Made by a program: the position numbers and the translations under genes. The notes below the pieces were generated by a model. That model saw only the letters and a list, made by a program, of their open reading frames with translations. It made no database searches and was not told the DNA's origin. Shown one piece after another: positions 20,765 through 33,491 of a DNA stretch of 64,000 nucleotides; positions within the stretch are counted from its first letter, which is position 1, and the number at the start of each line of letters is the position of its first letter. The stretch lies in assembly GCF_988242995.1 (NCBI RefSeq), contig NZ_OZ547043.1. One strand, 5' to 3'.

Positions 20765-20825
20765 CGTGATGCGTTTTAATGATTTTGTAATTTTCGTATT
20801 TGATAATTGTATGATGCTTTCAGCT

Positions 20826-20857
20826 ACGCCAGAATAATCGCTGGCGTTTTTCTTTTT
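20826..20857 (+). terminator. Rho-independent terminator after the AraC-like gene
   Basis: ACGCCAG-AATAATCG-CTGGCGT hairpin followed by TTTTTCTTTTT. Confidence 0.5.
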
Positions 20858-20952
20858 GAATAGATGTTCAAGCCTTACGCTAATGTAACTTCTATACCTT
20901 TCCTCTTCGTTCCGAACCGTGTACACCATCCGTTATTTGCGGAGGTGAGGCT

Positions 20953-21168
20953 ATGAAATCCATGGATAAGTTAACAACGGGCATTGCCTACGGCACCTCC
21001 GCAGGCAGTGCTGGCTACTGGTTTTTACAGCTGCTCGATAAAGTCACGCCCTCACAGTGGGCAGCAATAGGTGTGCTGGGTAGCTTGGTATTTGGCTTGC
21101 TGACGTACCTGACAAACCTTTATTTCAAGATTAAAGAAGATAAGCGCAAGGCTGCGAGAGGTGAATAA
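20953..21168 (+). CDS. essD: Holin
   Basis: 71-aa membrane protein at the head of the lysis cassette. Confidence 0.8.
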   Translation: MKSMDKLTTGIAYGTSAGSAGYWFLQLLDKVTPSQWAAIGVLGSLVFGLLTYLTNLYFKIKEDKRKAARGE

Positions 21169-21665
21169 TGCCTCCATCATTACGAAAAGCCGTTGCTGCT
21201 GCTATTGGTGGCGGAGCAATTGCTATAGCATCAGTGTTAATCACTGGCCCAAGTGGTAACGATGGTCTGGAAGGTGTCAGCTACATACCATACAAAGATA
21301 TTGTTGGTGTATGGACTGTATGTCACGGGCATACAGGAAAAGACATCATGCTCGGTAAAACGTATACCAAAGCAGAATGCAAAGCCCTCCTGAATAAAGA
21401 CCTTGCCACGGTCGCCAGACAAATTAACCCGTACATAAAAGTTGATATACCGGAAACAACGCGCGGCGCTCTTTACTCGTTCGTTTACAACGTGGGCGCT
21501 GGCAATTTCAGAACATCGACGCTTCTTCGCAAAATAAACCAGGGCGATATCAAAGGCGCATGTGATCAGTTACGTCGCTGGACATATGCTGGCGGTAAGC
21601 AATGGAAAGGTCTCATGACTCGTCGTGAGATTGAGCGTGAAATCTGTTTGTGGGGTCAGCAATGA
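21168..21665 (+). CDS. rrrD: Phage lysozyme (endolysin)
   Basis: 165-aa ORF with lysozyme-like features following the holin; matches DLP12 RrrD. Confidence 0.9.
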   Translation: MPPSLRKAVAAAIGGGAIAIASVLITGPSGNDGLEGVSYIPYKDIVGVWTVCHGHTGKDIMLGKTYTKAECKALLNKDLATVARQINPYIKVDIPETTRGALYSFVYNVGAGNFRTSTLLRKINQGDIKGACDQLRRWTYAGGKQWKGLMTRREIEREICLWGQQ

Positions 21666-22123
21666 ACAGAGTAACCGCGATTATCTCCGCTCTGGTTATC
21701 TGCATCATCGTCTGCCTGTCATGGGCTGTTAATCATTACCGTGATAACGCCATTACCTACAAAGCCCAGCGCGACAAAAATGCCAGAGAACTGAAGCTGG
21801 CGAACGCGGCAATTACTGACATGCAGATGCGTCAGCGTGATGTTGCTGCGCTCGATGCAAAATACACGAAGGAGTTAGCTGATGCGAAAGCTGAAAATGA
21901 TGCTCTGCGTGATGATGTTGCCGCTGGTCGTCGTCGGTTGCACATCAAAGCAGTCTGTCAGTCAGTGCGTGAAGCCACCACCGCCTCCGGCGTGGATAAT
22001 GCAGCCTCCCCCCGACTGGCAGACACCGCTGAACGGGATTATTTCACCCTCAGAGAGAGGCTGATCACGATGCAAAAACAACTGGAAGGAACCCAGAAGT
22101 ATATTAATGAGCAGTGCAGATAG
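21662..22123 (+). CDS. rzpD: Spanin inner-membrane subunit Rz
   Basis: ATG at 21662 overlapping the lysozyme stop (ATGA); N-terminal TM helix then coiled coil. Confidence 0.85.
   Translation: MNRVTAIISALVICIIVCLSWAVNHYRDNAITYKAQRDKNARELKLANAAITDMQMRQRDVAALDAKYTKELADAKAENDALRDDVAAGRRRLHIKAVCQSVREATTASGVDNAASPRLADTAERDYFTLRERLITMQKQLEGTQKYINEQCR
21882..22064 (+). CDS. rzoD: Spanin outer-membrane lipoprotein Rz1 (embedded in Rz, +1 frame)
   Basis: 60-aa ORF with lipobox (VVGCTS) and Pro-rich region, nested in Rz. Confidence 0.75.
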   Translation: MRKLKMMLCVMMLPLVVVGCTSKQSVSQCVKPPPPPAWIMQPPPDWQTPLNGIISPSERG

Positions 22124-22154
22124 AGCTGCCCATATCGATGGGCAACTCATGCAA

Positions 22155-22448
22155 TTATTGTGAGCAATAGACACGCGCTTCCAGCGGAGTATAAATGCCT
22201 AAAGTAATAAAACCGAGCAATCCATTTACGAATGTTTGCTGGGTTTCTGTTTTAACAACATTTTCTGCGCCGCCACAAATTTTGGCTGCATCAACAGTTT
22301 TCTCCTGTCCAATTCCCGAAACGAAGAAATGATGGGTGATGGTTTCCTTTGGTGTTACTGCTGTCGGTTTGTTTCCAACAGTAAACGTCTGTTGAGCACA
22401 TCCTGTAATAAGCATTGCCAGAGCGGCAGAAAACAACATTTTTTTCAT
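22155..22448 (-). CDS. borD: Bor lipoprotein (serum-resistance type)
   Basis: 97 aa from MKKMLFSAALAMLITGCA...; internal start of the 113-aa ORF. Confidence 0.85.
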   Translation of the reverse strand: MKKMLFSAALAMLITGCAQQTFTVGNKPTAVTPKETITHHFFVSGIGQEKTVDAAKICGGAENVVKTETQQTFVNGLLGFITLGIYTPLEARVYCSQ

Positions 22449-22895
22449 CTTATTATCCTGCATTGTTAAAAACGGCAGAATCCTATGTGACAACAATTAA
22501 ACGATAGTTAAATGGATTGATGAAAATTAAAACTATATAGGTGTGCGCTCAGACTATTGGAGGAAGTTGGGGACACTCAGAATCCTGTGGAATGAAATAA
22601 ACCGGTCTATCCGTCTATTACCCTTTTAGCTGCGCTGTATCGTCGCCGTATTCCCGCATTAACCATGACCGTAGCCCGACGGGGAATTCCTTCTGCGTGA
22701 GTGTGCGGGAATAATCAAAAACGATGCACACCGGGTTTTTACCGCGTTTATGGTTAGCGGGGGTGTCCCTCATGCTCGCCAGTCCTGTGCGGGGGTGGAA
22801 GAAACAGGACGTGTATTCAGGTCTGTGTGACTGTGGTCGCAAGACTTTTGTCGTTCAGCTATTAAATCCCATTACGAAGTAGACCAGAACGGCCA

Positions 22896-23110
22896 ACGGG
22901 TCCTTTCCGGCGATCCGACAGGTTACGGGGCGGCGACCTCGCGGGTTTTCGCTATTTATGAAAATTTTCCGGTTTAAGGCGTTTCCGTTCTTCTTCGTCA
23001 TAACTTAATGTTTTTATTTAAAATACCCCCTGAAAAGAAAGGAAACGACAGGTGCTGAAAACGAGCTTTTGGGCCTTTGTCGTTTCCTTTCTCTGTTTTT
23101 GGCCGTGGAA
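22896..23110. promoter_or_regulatory. Phage cos site (cosQ-cosN-cosB); cosN GGGCGGCGACCT at 22928-22939
   Basis: Matches the lambda cohesive-end 12-mer and downstream Nu1-binding repeat region, immediately upstream of nu1. Confidence 0.85.
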
Positions 23111-23116
23111 TGAACA

Positions 23117-23636
23117 ATGGAAGTCAACAAAAAGCAGCTGGCTGACATTTTCGGTGCGAGTATCCGTACCATTCAGAACTGGCAGGAACAGGGAATGCCC
23201 GTTCTGCGAGGCGGTGGCAAGGGTAATGAGGTGCTTTATGACTCTGCCGCCGTCATAAAATGGTATGCCGAAAGGGATGCTGAAATTGAGAACGAAAAGC
23301 TGCGCCGGGAGGTTGAAGAACTGCGGCAGGCCAGCGAGGCAGATCTCCAGCCAGGGACTATTGAGTACGAACGCCATCGACTTACGCGTGCGCAGGCCGA
23401 CGCACAGGAACTGAAGAATGCCAGAGACTCCGCTGAAGTGGTGGAAACCGCATTCTGTACTTTCGTGTTGTCGCGGATCGCAGGTGAAATTGCCAGTATT
23501 CTCGACGGGATCCCCCTGTCGGTGCAGCGGCGTTTTCCGGAACTGGAAAACCGACATGTTGATTTCCTGAAACGGGATATCATCAAAGCCATGAACAAAG
23601 CAGCCGCGCTGGATGAACTGATACCGGGGTTGCTGA

Positions 23637-23662
<26 letters not shown>
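23117..23662 (+). CDS. nu1: Terminase small subunit
   Basis: 181-aa ORF near-identical to lambda Nu1. Confidence 0.95.
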
Positions 23663-27343
<3,681 letters not shown>

Positions 27344-27363
<20 letters not shown>

Positions 27364-28663
27364 TCTCCCGCATATTTCCAGCATGGCCTTTAATGAGCCG
27401 CTGATGCTTGAACCCGCCTATGCGCGGGTTTTCTTTTGTGCGCTTGCAGGCCAGCTTGGGATCAGCCGCCTGACGGATGCGGTGTCCGGCGACAGCCTGA
27501 CTGCCCAGGAGGCACCCGCGACGCTGGCATTATCCGGTGATGATGACGGACCACGACAGGCCCGCAGTTATCAGGTCATGAACGGCATCGCCGTGCTGCC
27601 GGTGTCCGGCACGCTGGTCAGCCGGACGCGGGCGCTGCAGCCGTACTCGGGGATGACCGGTTACAACGGCATTATCGCCCGTCTGCAACAGGCTGCCAGC
27701 GACCCGATGGTGGACGGCATTCTGCTCGATATGGACACGCCAGGCGGAATGGTGGCGGGGGCATTTGACTGCGCTGACATCATCGCCCGTGTGCGTGACA
27801 TAAAACCGGTATGGGCGCTGGCCAACGACATGAACTGCAGTGCAGGTCAGCTGCTTGCCAGTGCCGCCTCCCGGCGTCTGGTCACGCAGACCGCCCGGAC
27901 AGGCTCCATCGGCGTCATGATGGCTCACAGTAATTACGGTGCTGCCCTGGAGAAACAGGGCGTGGAAATCACGCTGATTTACAGCGGCAGCCATAAGGTG
28001 GATGGCAATCCTTACAGCCATCTTCCGGATGACGTCCGGGAGACACTGCAGTCCCGGATGGACGCAACCCGCCGGATGTTTGCGCAGAAGGTGTCGGCAT
28101 ATACCGGCCTGTCTGTGCAGGCTGTGCTGGATACCGAGGCTGCAGTGTACAGCGGTCAGGAGGCCATTGATGCCGGACTGGCTGATGAACTTGTTAACAG
28201 CACCGATGCGATCACCGTCATGCGTGATGCACTGGATGCACATAAATCCCGTCTCTCAGGAGGGCGAATGACCAAAGAGACTCAATCAACAACTGTTTCA
28301 GCCACCGCTTCGCAGGCTGACGTTACTGAGGTGGTGCCAGCGACGGAGGGCGAAAACGCCAGCGCGGCGCAGCCGGACGTGAACGCGCAGATCACCGCAG
28401 CGGTTGCGGCAGAAAACAGCCGCATTATGGGGATCCTCAACTGTGAGGAGGCTCACGGACGCGAAGAACAGGCGCGCGTTCTGGCAGAAACCCCCGGTAT
28501 GACCGTGGAAACGGCCCGCCGCATTCTGGCCGCAGCACCACAGAGTGCACAGGCGCGCAGTGACACTGCGCTGGATCGTCTGATGCAGGGGGCACCGGCA
28601 CCGCTGGCTGCAGGTAACCCGGCATCTGATGCCGTTAACGATTTGCTGAACACACCAGTGTAA
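27344..28663 (+). CDS. C: Head protease/scaffold C (GTG start; Nu3 nested in frame)
   Basis: 439 aa from (V)TAELRNLPHISSMAF..., GGAGGAGG RBS; matches lambda gpC. Confidence 0.9.
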
Positions 28664-28672
28664 GGGATGTTT

Positions 28673-29005
28673 ATGACGAGCAAAGAAACCTTTACCCATT
28701 ACCAGCCGCTGGGCAACAGTGACCCGGCTCATACCGCAACCGCGCCCGGCGGATTGAGTGCGAAAGCGCCTGCAATGACCCCGCTGATGCTGGACACCTC
28801 CACCCGTAAGCTGGTTGCGTGGGATGGCACCACCGACGGTGCTGCCGTTGGCATTCTGGCGGTTGCTGCTGACCAGACCAGCACCACGCTGACGTTCTAC
28901 AAGTCCGGCACGTTCCGTTATGAGGATGTGCTCTGGCCGGAGGCTGCCAGCGACGAGACGAAAAAACGGACCGCGTTTGCCGGAACGGCAATCAGCATCG
29001 TTTAA
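28673..29005 (+). CDS. D: Head decoration protein D
   Basis: 110 aa [27 protein letters not shown]... matches lambda gpD. Confidence 0.95.
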   Translation: MTSKETFTHYQPLGNSDPAHTATAPGGLSAKAPAMTPLMLDTSTRKLVAWDGTTDGAAVGILAVAADQTSTTLTFYKSGTFRYEDVLWPEAASDETKKRTAFAGTAISIV

Positions 29006-29025
29006 CCTTACCCTTCATCACTAAA

Positions 29026-29048
29026 GGCCGCCTGTGCGGCTTTTTTTA
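29026..29048 (+). terminator. Hairpin plus T-run between D and E
   Basis: GGCCGC-CTGT-GCGGCC followed by TTTTTTT. Confidence 0.4.
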
Positions 29049-29060
29049 CGGGATTTTTTT

Positions 29061-29315
29061 ATGTCGATGTACACAACCGCCCAGCTGCTGGCGGCAAATG
29101 AGCAGAAATTTAAGTTTGATCCGCTGTTTCTGCGTCTCTTTTTCCGTGAGAGCTATCCCTTCACCACGGAGAAAGTCTATCTCTCACAAATTCCGGGGCT
29201 GGTAAACATGGCGCTGTACGTTTCGCCGATTGTTTCCGGTGAGGTTATCCGCTCCCGTGGCGGCTCCACCTCTGAATTTACGCCGGGATATGTCAAGCCG
29301 AAGCACTTAGCATGA
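29061..29315 (+). pseudogene. E: Major capsid gene E, 5' fragment (codons 1-84) truncated by the satellite insertion
   Basis: MSMYTTAQLLAANEQKFKFDPLF...GYVKPKH then two foreign codons and stop; the rest of E resumes at 40394. Confidence 0.9.
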
Positions 29316-29468
29316 CTTTCTGAGGCTTTCGTGTAGTTGCTGGTTTTTACACTTAATCTTTTGATAATAAAGAATAAGTTTATCTGGTGCTTTCACTGAA
29401 TTTTCCTCGTTATCTGTGTGTTGCAATCATCTCTGTATTGCAGCTTGTATTGCTTTTTGGGGCTAAAA

Positions 29469-30704
29469 ATGGCTGGCGAGAACAAACTGAGCGACAAAGC
29501 GCTTAAAGGATATCTGGGGAAACCCAGAGAAAAGCAGATCACCATTGCTGATGGAAAGGGGCTTTCTATTCGTGTGAGTACTAAAGGGGCTGTGAGCTTT
29601 GTTTTCTTCTACAGGTTAGCAGGTGGCCGGGCTGCTCCGGTCTGGCTAACGTTGGGTAAATATCCTGATATGTCACTCAAACAGGCAAGGGAAAAGCGCG
29701 ACGAGTGCCGTGGTTGGTTGGCTGACAAACGTGATCCGCGTATCCAGATTAAGATTCAGGCTGAAGAACGCTTAAAGCCGGTTACAGTGGAGGATGCACT
29801 AAATTACTGGTATGAAAATTACTGTAAGGTGCGTCGTAAAACTCATGCTGTAACGCTTGGCAGATTTCGAAAGCATATCTTTCCCTATATCGGTCATTTG
29901 CCCGTAAATGACACTCACCTATATGAATGGCTGGACTGTTTTGACCGAATTAAACGTAATGCACCAGTTATGGCGGCGTATGTTTTTTCTGACACTAAAT
30001 TAGCTCTTCGTTTTTGTCGGGTACGCCAGTACGCGACGTGTGATGCTTTAAAGGATTTGCGCATGAGTGATGTGGGGCAGATTGCAGGTAAGCGGGATCG
30101 GGTTCTGGATGAAGCCGAACTCGGCCAGCTCTGGAAGGCAATTTTTGTCGAGCCTGATTTAAAACTAATGTCTGAATACACGCGAAAAATGTTTGTGCTT
30201 TGTACAGTATTTGGATGTCGAATGAGTGAAGCCCGATTATCAGAATGGAGCGAATGGGATCTCGAAAGTTGGGTTTGGACTGTACCAAAAGATCACTCAA
30301 AAACTGGTGTTGAAATCGTCAGACCAGTACCTGAAATTCTACGACAGTGGGTAACGGATGTTCACGAAGAGACAAAACATACTGGTTATGTGCTGGGAAG
30401 TCTGCGAATTAGAGAAAGCGTAAGCAAGATTGGGGGGAAAATCGGTAAACGTTTGGGCCATGAAAAACAATGGTCACTACACGACCTTAGAAGAACGCTA
30501 TCTACTCATCTAAGTGATCTCGGTGTTGAATTTTATGTAGTAGAACAACTGTTAGGCCATGCGCTACCTGGCGTGGCAGGTGTTTACAACCGGAGTAAGT
30601 TTATGGCTAAAAAACTGGATGCTCTGGAACTCTGGACTACATATCTCAATAGCATCGCAGCTGCTGATTCAAAAGTGACAATCCTCAAACAAAAGGTTGG
30701 TTAA
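29469..30704 (+). CDS. Satellite tyrosine integrase (P4-type)
   Basis: From MAGENKLSDKALKGYLG...; catalytic region HDLRRT...LLGH...VYNRS; located at the element's left end. Confidence 0.85.
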   Translation: MAGENKLSDKALKGYLGKPREKQITIADGKGLSIRVSTKGAVSFVFFYRLAGGRAAPVWLTLGKYPDMSLKQAREKRDECRGWLADKRDPRIQIKIQAEERLKPVTVEDALNYWYENYCKVRRKTHAVTLGRFRKHIFPYIGHLPVNDTHLYEWLDCFDRIKRNAPVMAAYVFSDTKLALRFCRVRQYATCDALKDLRMSDVGQIAGKRDRVLDEAELGQLWKAIFVEPDLKLMSEYTRKMFVLCTVFGCRMSEARLSEWSEWDLESWVWTVPKDHSKTGVEIVRPVPEILRQWVTDVHEETKHTGYVLGSLRIRESVSKIGGKIGKRLGHEKQWSLHDLRRTLSTHLSDLGVEFYVVEQLLGHALPGVAGVYNRSKFMAKKLDALELWTTYLNSIAAADSKVTILKQKVG

Positions 30705-30705
30705 C

Positions 30706-30933
30706 ATGAAAAAAATGGCAATTGTTGATAAAAAGGGTCTGGAGTACATTCCTAACATTGACCGAATGATCCGTGAGAAAGAATGTCGGGAGCTAACCAC
30801 TCTTGCGAACAGCACACGCTGGAAGCTGGAGAAGGAAGGAAAATTTCCTAAGCGGATCAAGATTGGTTCCACTGCTGTTGCATATCGTCTTTCAGAAGTG
30901 CAGGCATGGATTCGAGGTGAGTGGGTAGTTTAA
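30706..30933 (+). CDS. alpA: AlpA-family HTH regulator/excisionase
   Basis: 75-aa ORF directly after int; the ORF-track start at 30697 is TTG, ATG at 30706 preferred. Confidence 0.7.
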   Translation: MKKMAIVDKKGLEYIPNIDRMIREKECRELTTLANSTRWKLEKEGKFPKRIKIGSTAVAYRLSEVQAWIRGEWVV

Positions 30934-31002
30934 ATTATCTCAGAATAAAATATTATGAATTACTGATTTGAGAATTTGTACTCAAATCAGTAATAACATT
31001 CT

Positions 31003-31539
31003 TTATAAGAGATTAAATCCAAATAAAGAGTAATCATATACCGGGGTGCATTGCATCCCACTGAATATGCTGATGTTTTTTTCTGTTTCTATCCTTTTTT
31101 CAATAAGTTGTTGTATATTTTTACAGTACAATTTGTGTGTGATGTTATTATCGTAAGCCTGATATAGCAACGTCAATGTTGATGCTATGAAACATGCAGA
31201 AAGAAAATGAACTAGTACATGTGAGCGTTTTTTGGTTGTCCATGATGCATTCGCTTGTGAAATATAAATCATTCTGAGAATGATAATGATGATAGACAGT
31301 AACAGACCACTCAATAAAATAAGTATTGGGTTTGCGTATTTAATTAATGGTTGAGAGCAAAAAACTATTATAGCTCCTGTGACTGCGTATGAGAAAAAGG
31401 AGTAATTAAACTTCTTACTCCTTCTCTCAAGTATTTTAATTTCATCTTGTGTGGGGGTTTTAGATGCCTCTAATATAAGTTTATTAAATGTTTCTGTTAT
31501 CTTGTTTTTTGTGTTTGTGGCTATTTTTTTTAGATTCAT
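31003..31539 (-). CDS. Hypothetical AT-rich membrane protein (2-3 predicted TM helices)
   Basis: 178-aa ORF with hydrophobic segments AVTGAIIVFCSQPLI and ILILLSGLLLSIIIIIL; convergent with alpA. Confidence 0.5.
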   Translation of the reverse strand: MNLKKIATNTKNKITETFNKLILEASKTPTQDEIKILERRSKKFNYSFFSYAVTGAIIVFCSQPLIKYANPILILLSGLLLSIIIIILRMIYISQANASWTTKKRSHVLVHFLSACFIASTLTLLYQAYDNNITHKLYCKNIQQLIEKRIETEKNISIFSGMQCTPVYDYSLFGFNLL

Positions 31540-31889
31540 AGCATTCTAACTCCCTTAACTTATTTATTACTTTCTCTTTATGATAAGAGAGGGGAATGAC
31601 TTGGTAAAGTGATTTGTCATTAATAATGATAATCCTTGCGATAAATATTTCTGCAAGTTATTTACCTGTTTGTTGCTATCTTGTTAAGCGTTGGGTGTGG
31701 TTTATGTTTGGAGCGACTTTATTTAATCGTGATTTTATGGATTTATATTTATATCCTGTAAGATAAGCGCATGTTAGTTCAGGAGTAGTGTCAGATAAAA
31801 TTATTCGGAGTAGAACTACCTTTTCTGTTTATTGCCAGTATTTACATAGCAATGCGCCGTAGTTACTCACATCACGGCGCTGATACTAA

Positions 31890-32195
31890 TTATTCAGATT
31901 CTTTGGCTTTACGCCGCTGGAGTTCTTCACGAGCGACGGCTACGAGTTGCCCGATTTCCTCCGCTGCCTTGATACCGATTTGTTCGACCTTAGCTAAGGC
32001 ATCCAGTGAAGACACGAGGGGATTTTCTCCGCTTCCTTCTGCCTGGCGGCGGGCGATTTCACCGCGCATGGCGGTTACGATAAATCCGGCATTGCTTTCA
32101 CCGTCCAGCTTAACGGATTCCATCCCTTGCATAACATCTAGTGGGACTCTGACAGTTGTCAGTTGTGATTTTGCGTTTTTGTTAGCCGTTGCCAT
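31890..32195 (-). CDS. Putative ribbon-helix-helix regulator (candidate satellite repressor)
   Basis: 101-aa ORF; TVRVPLDVMQGMESVKLDGESNAGFIVTAMRGEIARR fits a beta-strand/helix/G-x-S/helix RHH pattern; divergent from the primase operon. Confidence 0.4.
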   Translation of the reverse strand: MATANKNAKSQLTTVRVPLDVMQGMESVKLDGESNAGFIVTAMRGEIARRQAEGSGENPLVSSLDALAKVEQIGIKAAEEIGQLVAVAREELQRRKAKESE

Positions 32196-32256
32196 TTCTG
32201 AAACTCCTAATCATCGGTGTGTTTCAGTATACACAAAAAAAGAAATACAAAAAGCC

Positions 32257-32292
32257 TTGACGTGTGTTTCATGCGCTCATAACATGAAACAC
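32257..32292 (+). promoter_or_regulatory. Promoter (TTGACG-17 nt-TAACAT) overlapped by a palindromic operator
   Basis: Inverted repeat GTGTTTCATG (32264-32273) / CATGAAACAC (32283-32292) straddles the -10 element. Confidence 0.5.
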
Positions 32293-32385
32293 ACCGAAAG
32301 GATTGTTGAAATACAAAGAGCAACGCCCCGCAGTGCTGGGAACACATACGGGGCGTCTAACCAACAACGTAAACTAGGAGCCGTT

Positions 32386-32583
32386 ATGGTTGCTGTAAAT
32401 CATATACCACACCTTGTACACACACAAACGGCCTTTGTGTGGCGTTTTCTGGCACTGAGTGCCGGAGAATCTCAAATCATCCACGTAACCGCCTGGACGG
32501 AACGCGAAGCGCGTAGCCGTTGCCCGTCCGGTTGTGTTGCTGTATTCGCTGCAAAAATCCGCCAGGGAGTGAGTCATGCTTAA
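32386..32583 (+). CDS. Small hypothetical protein, first gene of the satellite rightward operon
   Basis: 65-aa ORF with AGGAG RBS 5 nt upstream of ATG 32386; the longer ORF-track frame from 31852 is rejected. Confidence 0.45.
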   Translation: MVAVNHIPHLVHTQTAFVWRFLALSAGESQIIHVTAWTEREARSRCPSGCVAVFAAKIRQGVSHA

Positions 32584-32761
32584 AACCTTCCGTGTATTTG
32601 CCCGAGCTGTTAACCCAATAGGCCACACAATTGGTATCGCTCAGAATGTGAAGGCTGTTAATGTTCAGACGGCTATTGCTGCGGTGAGAAGCGAATCATC
32701 AGAATATGGCTTATCACAAGTCATTATTTCAGCAGTGTATGAATTAAAAGAGGTGCATTAA
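32576..32761 (+). CDS. Small hypothetical protein
   Basis: 61-aa ORF; start overlaps the preceding stop (ATGCTTAA). Confidence 0.35.
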   Translation: MLKTFRVFARAVNPIGHTIGIAQNVKAVNVQTAIAAVRSESSEYGLSQVIISAVYELKEVH

Positions 32762-32952
32762 TGCAGGAAATCACATTACACGAAGCCGCTGAACGTGCGC
32801 ACCAGACAGAAATTATTTGCCGCCTTCTTGAGGTATATCCGAACAAAATTACAGATGCTGATATATCCGCGCTGGCGAGCCTACTGGCGCGCCTTTCGGG
32901 AAGTGTCGCTAGTTTCCTCATTGAGGAAGAAAGTAAGCTGGTGGGGGATTAA
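32761..32952 (+). CDS. Small hypothetical protein
   Basis: 63-aa ORF translationally coupled to neighbours. Confidence 0.35.
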   Translation: MQEITLHEAAERAHQTEIICRLLEVYPNKITDADISALASLLARLSGSVASFLIEEESKLVGD

Positions 32953-33174
32953 ATGAATACAGAACGGGAAGTCTTTTTTAAATTGTTAGCATGTGCAGAA
33001 AGTTCATTAACTTTAAATAATTCAGCAAAAGCAATATTAAATATGTGGCTTGATTGCATAAATGACAATGAAGATGCAAATATTGCTTATGGCCTGTTGT
33101 CACTTATTGATGAATCAGCAGAAAAACTCAATGACGCAATAAATAGTGCCCTGCTATCAAATAAGTCGAGTTAA
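32953..33174 (+). CDS. Small hypothetical protein
   Basis: 73-aa ORF, AT-rich. Confidence 0.35.
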   Translation: MNTEREVFFKLLACAESSLTLNNSAKAILNMWLDCINDNEDANIAYGLLSLIDESAEKLNDAINSALLSNKSS

Positions 33175-33191
33175 GTCGAGGAATAAATAAT

Positions 33192-33491
33192 ATGGAAATG
33201 AAAAATTCTGGCTTTATTGCCAGCGGCCCCGCTCGGCCTGAATTTATGAACGGCGATATTTACCGCGATAAATACGGCGGCACGGTAACGATTAAAGGCG
33301 TGGCAGAACGGCGCATCACTTACCGCCGTGAGGGGTATAGCTATGACTGCGTGATGCCTGTTTATCAGTTCCGGCGTGATTTTTCCCTGGTATATGCCGC
33401 ACCCCGCAGTAAGCCCATCAGCAGGGAAAAAGCGCGGGGAAACATCCAGAAAATGAAAAGCATGATTAACGCATTCAGGGGCAAAAAATGA
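33192..33491 (+). CDS. Hypothetical protein
   Basis: 99-aa ORF ending at the primase start. Confidence 0.4.
   Translation: MEMKNSGFIASGPARPEFMNGDIYRDKYGGTVTIKGVAERRITYRREGYSYDCVMPVYQFRRDFSLVYAAPRSKPISREKARGNIQKMKSMINAFRGKK

Noticed and set aside
22618-22842. 74-aa minus-strand ORF between bor and cos
   Set aside because: No RBS or recognisable domain, and opposite to the packaging operon; left unannotated as low-confidence.
23018-23557. 179-aa minus-strand ORF
   Set aside because: Overlaps the cos region and nu1 in antisense; nu1 is strongly supported.
27530-28243. 237-aa minus-strand ORF
   Set aside because: Antisense within head gene C; Cys/His/Gly-rich spurious frame in GC-rich phage DNA.
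31852-32583. 243-aa plus-strand ORF spanning the RHH gene region
   Set aside because: Most of it is antisense to the better-supported RHH gene and crosses the promoter/operator; only the last 65 codons (32386-32583) with their own RBS are retained.
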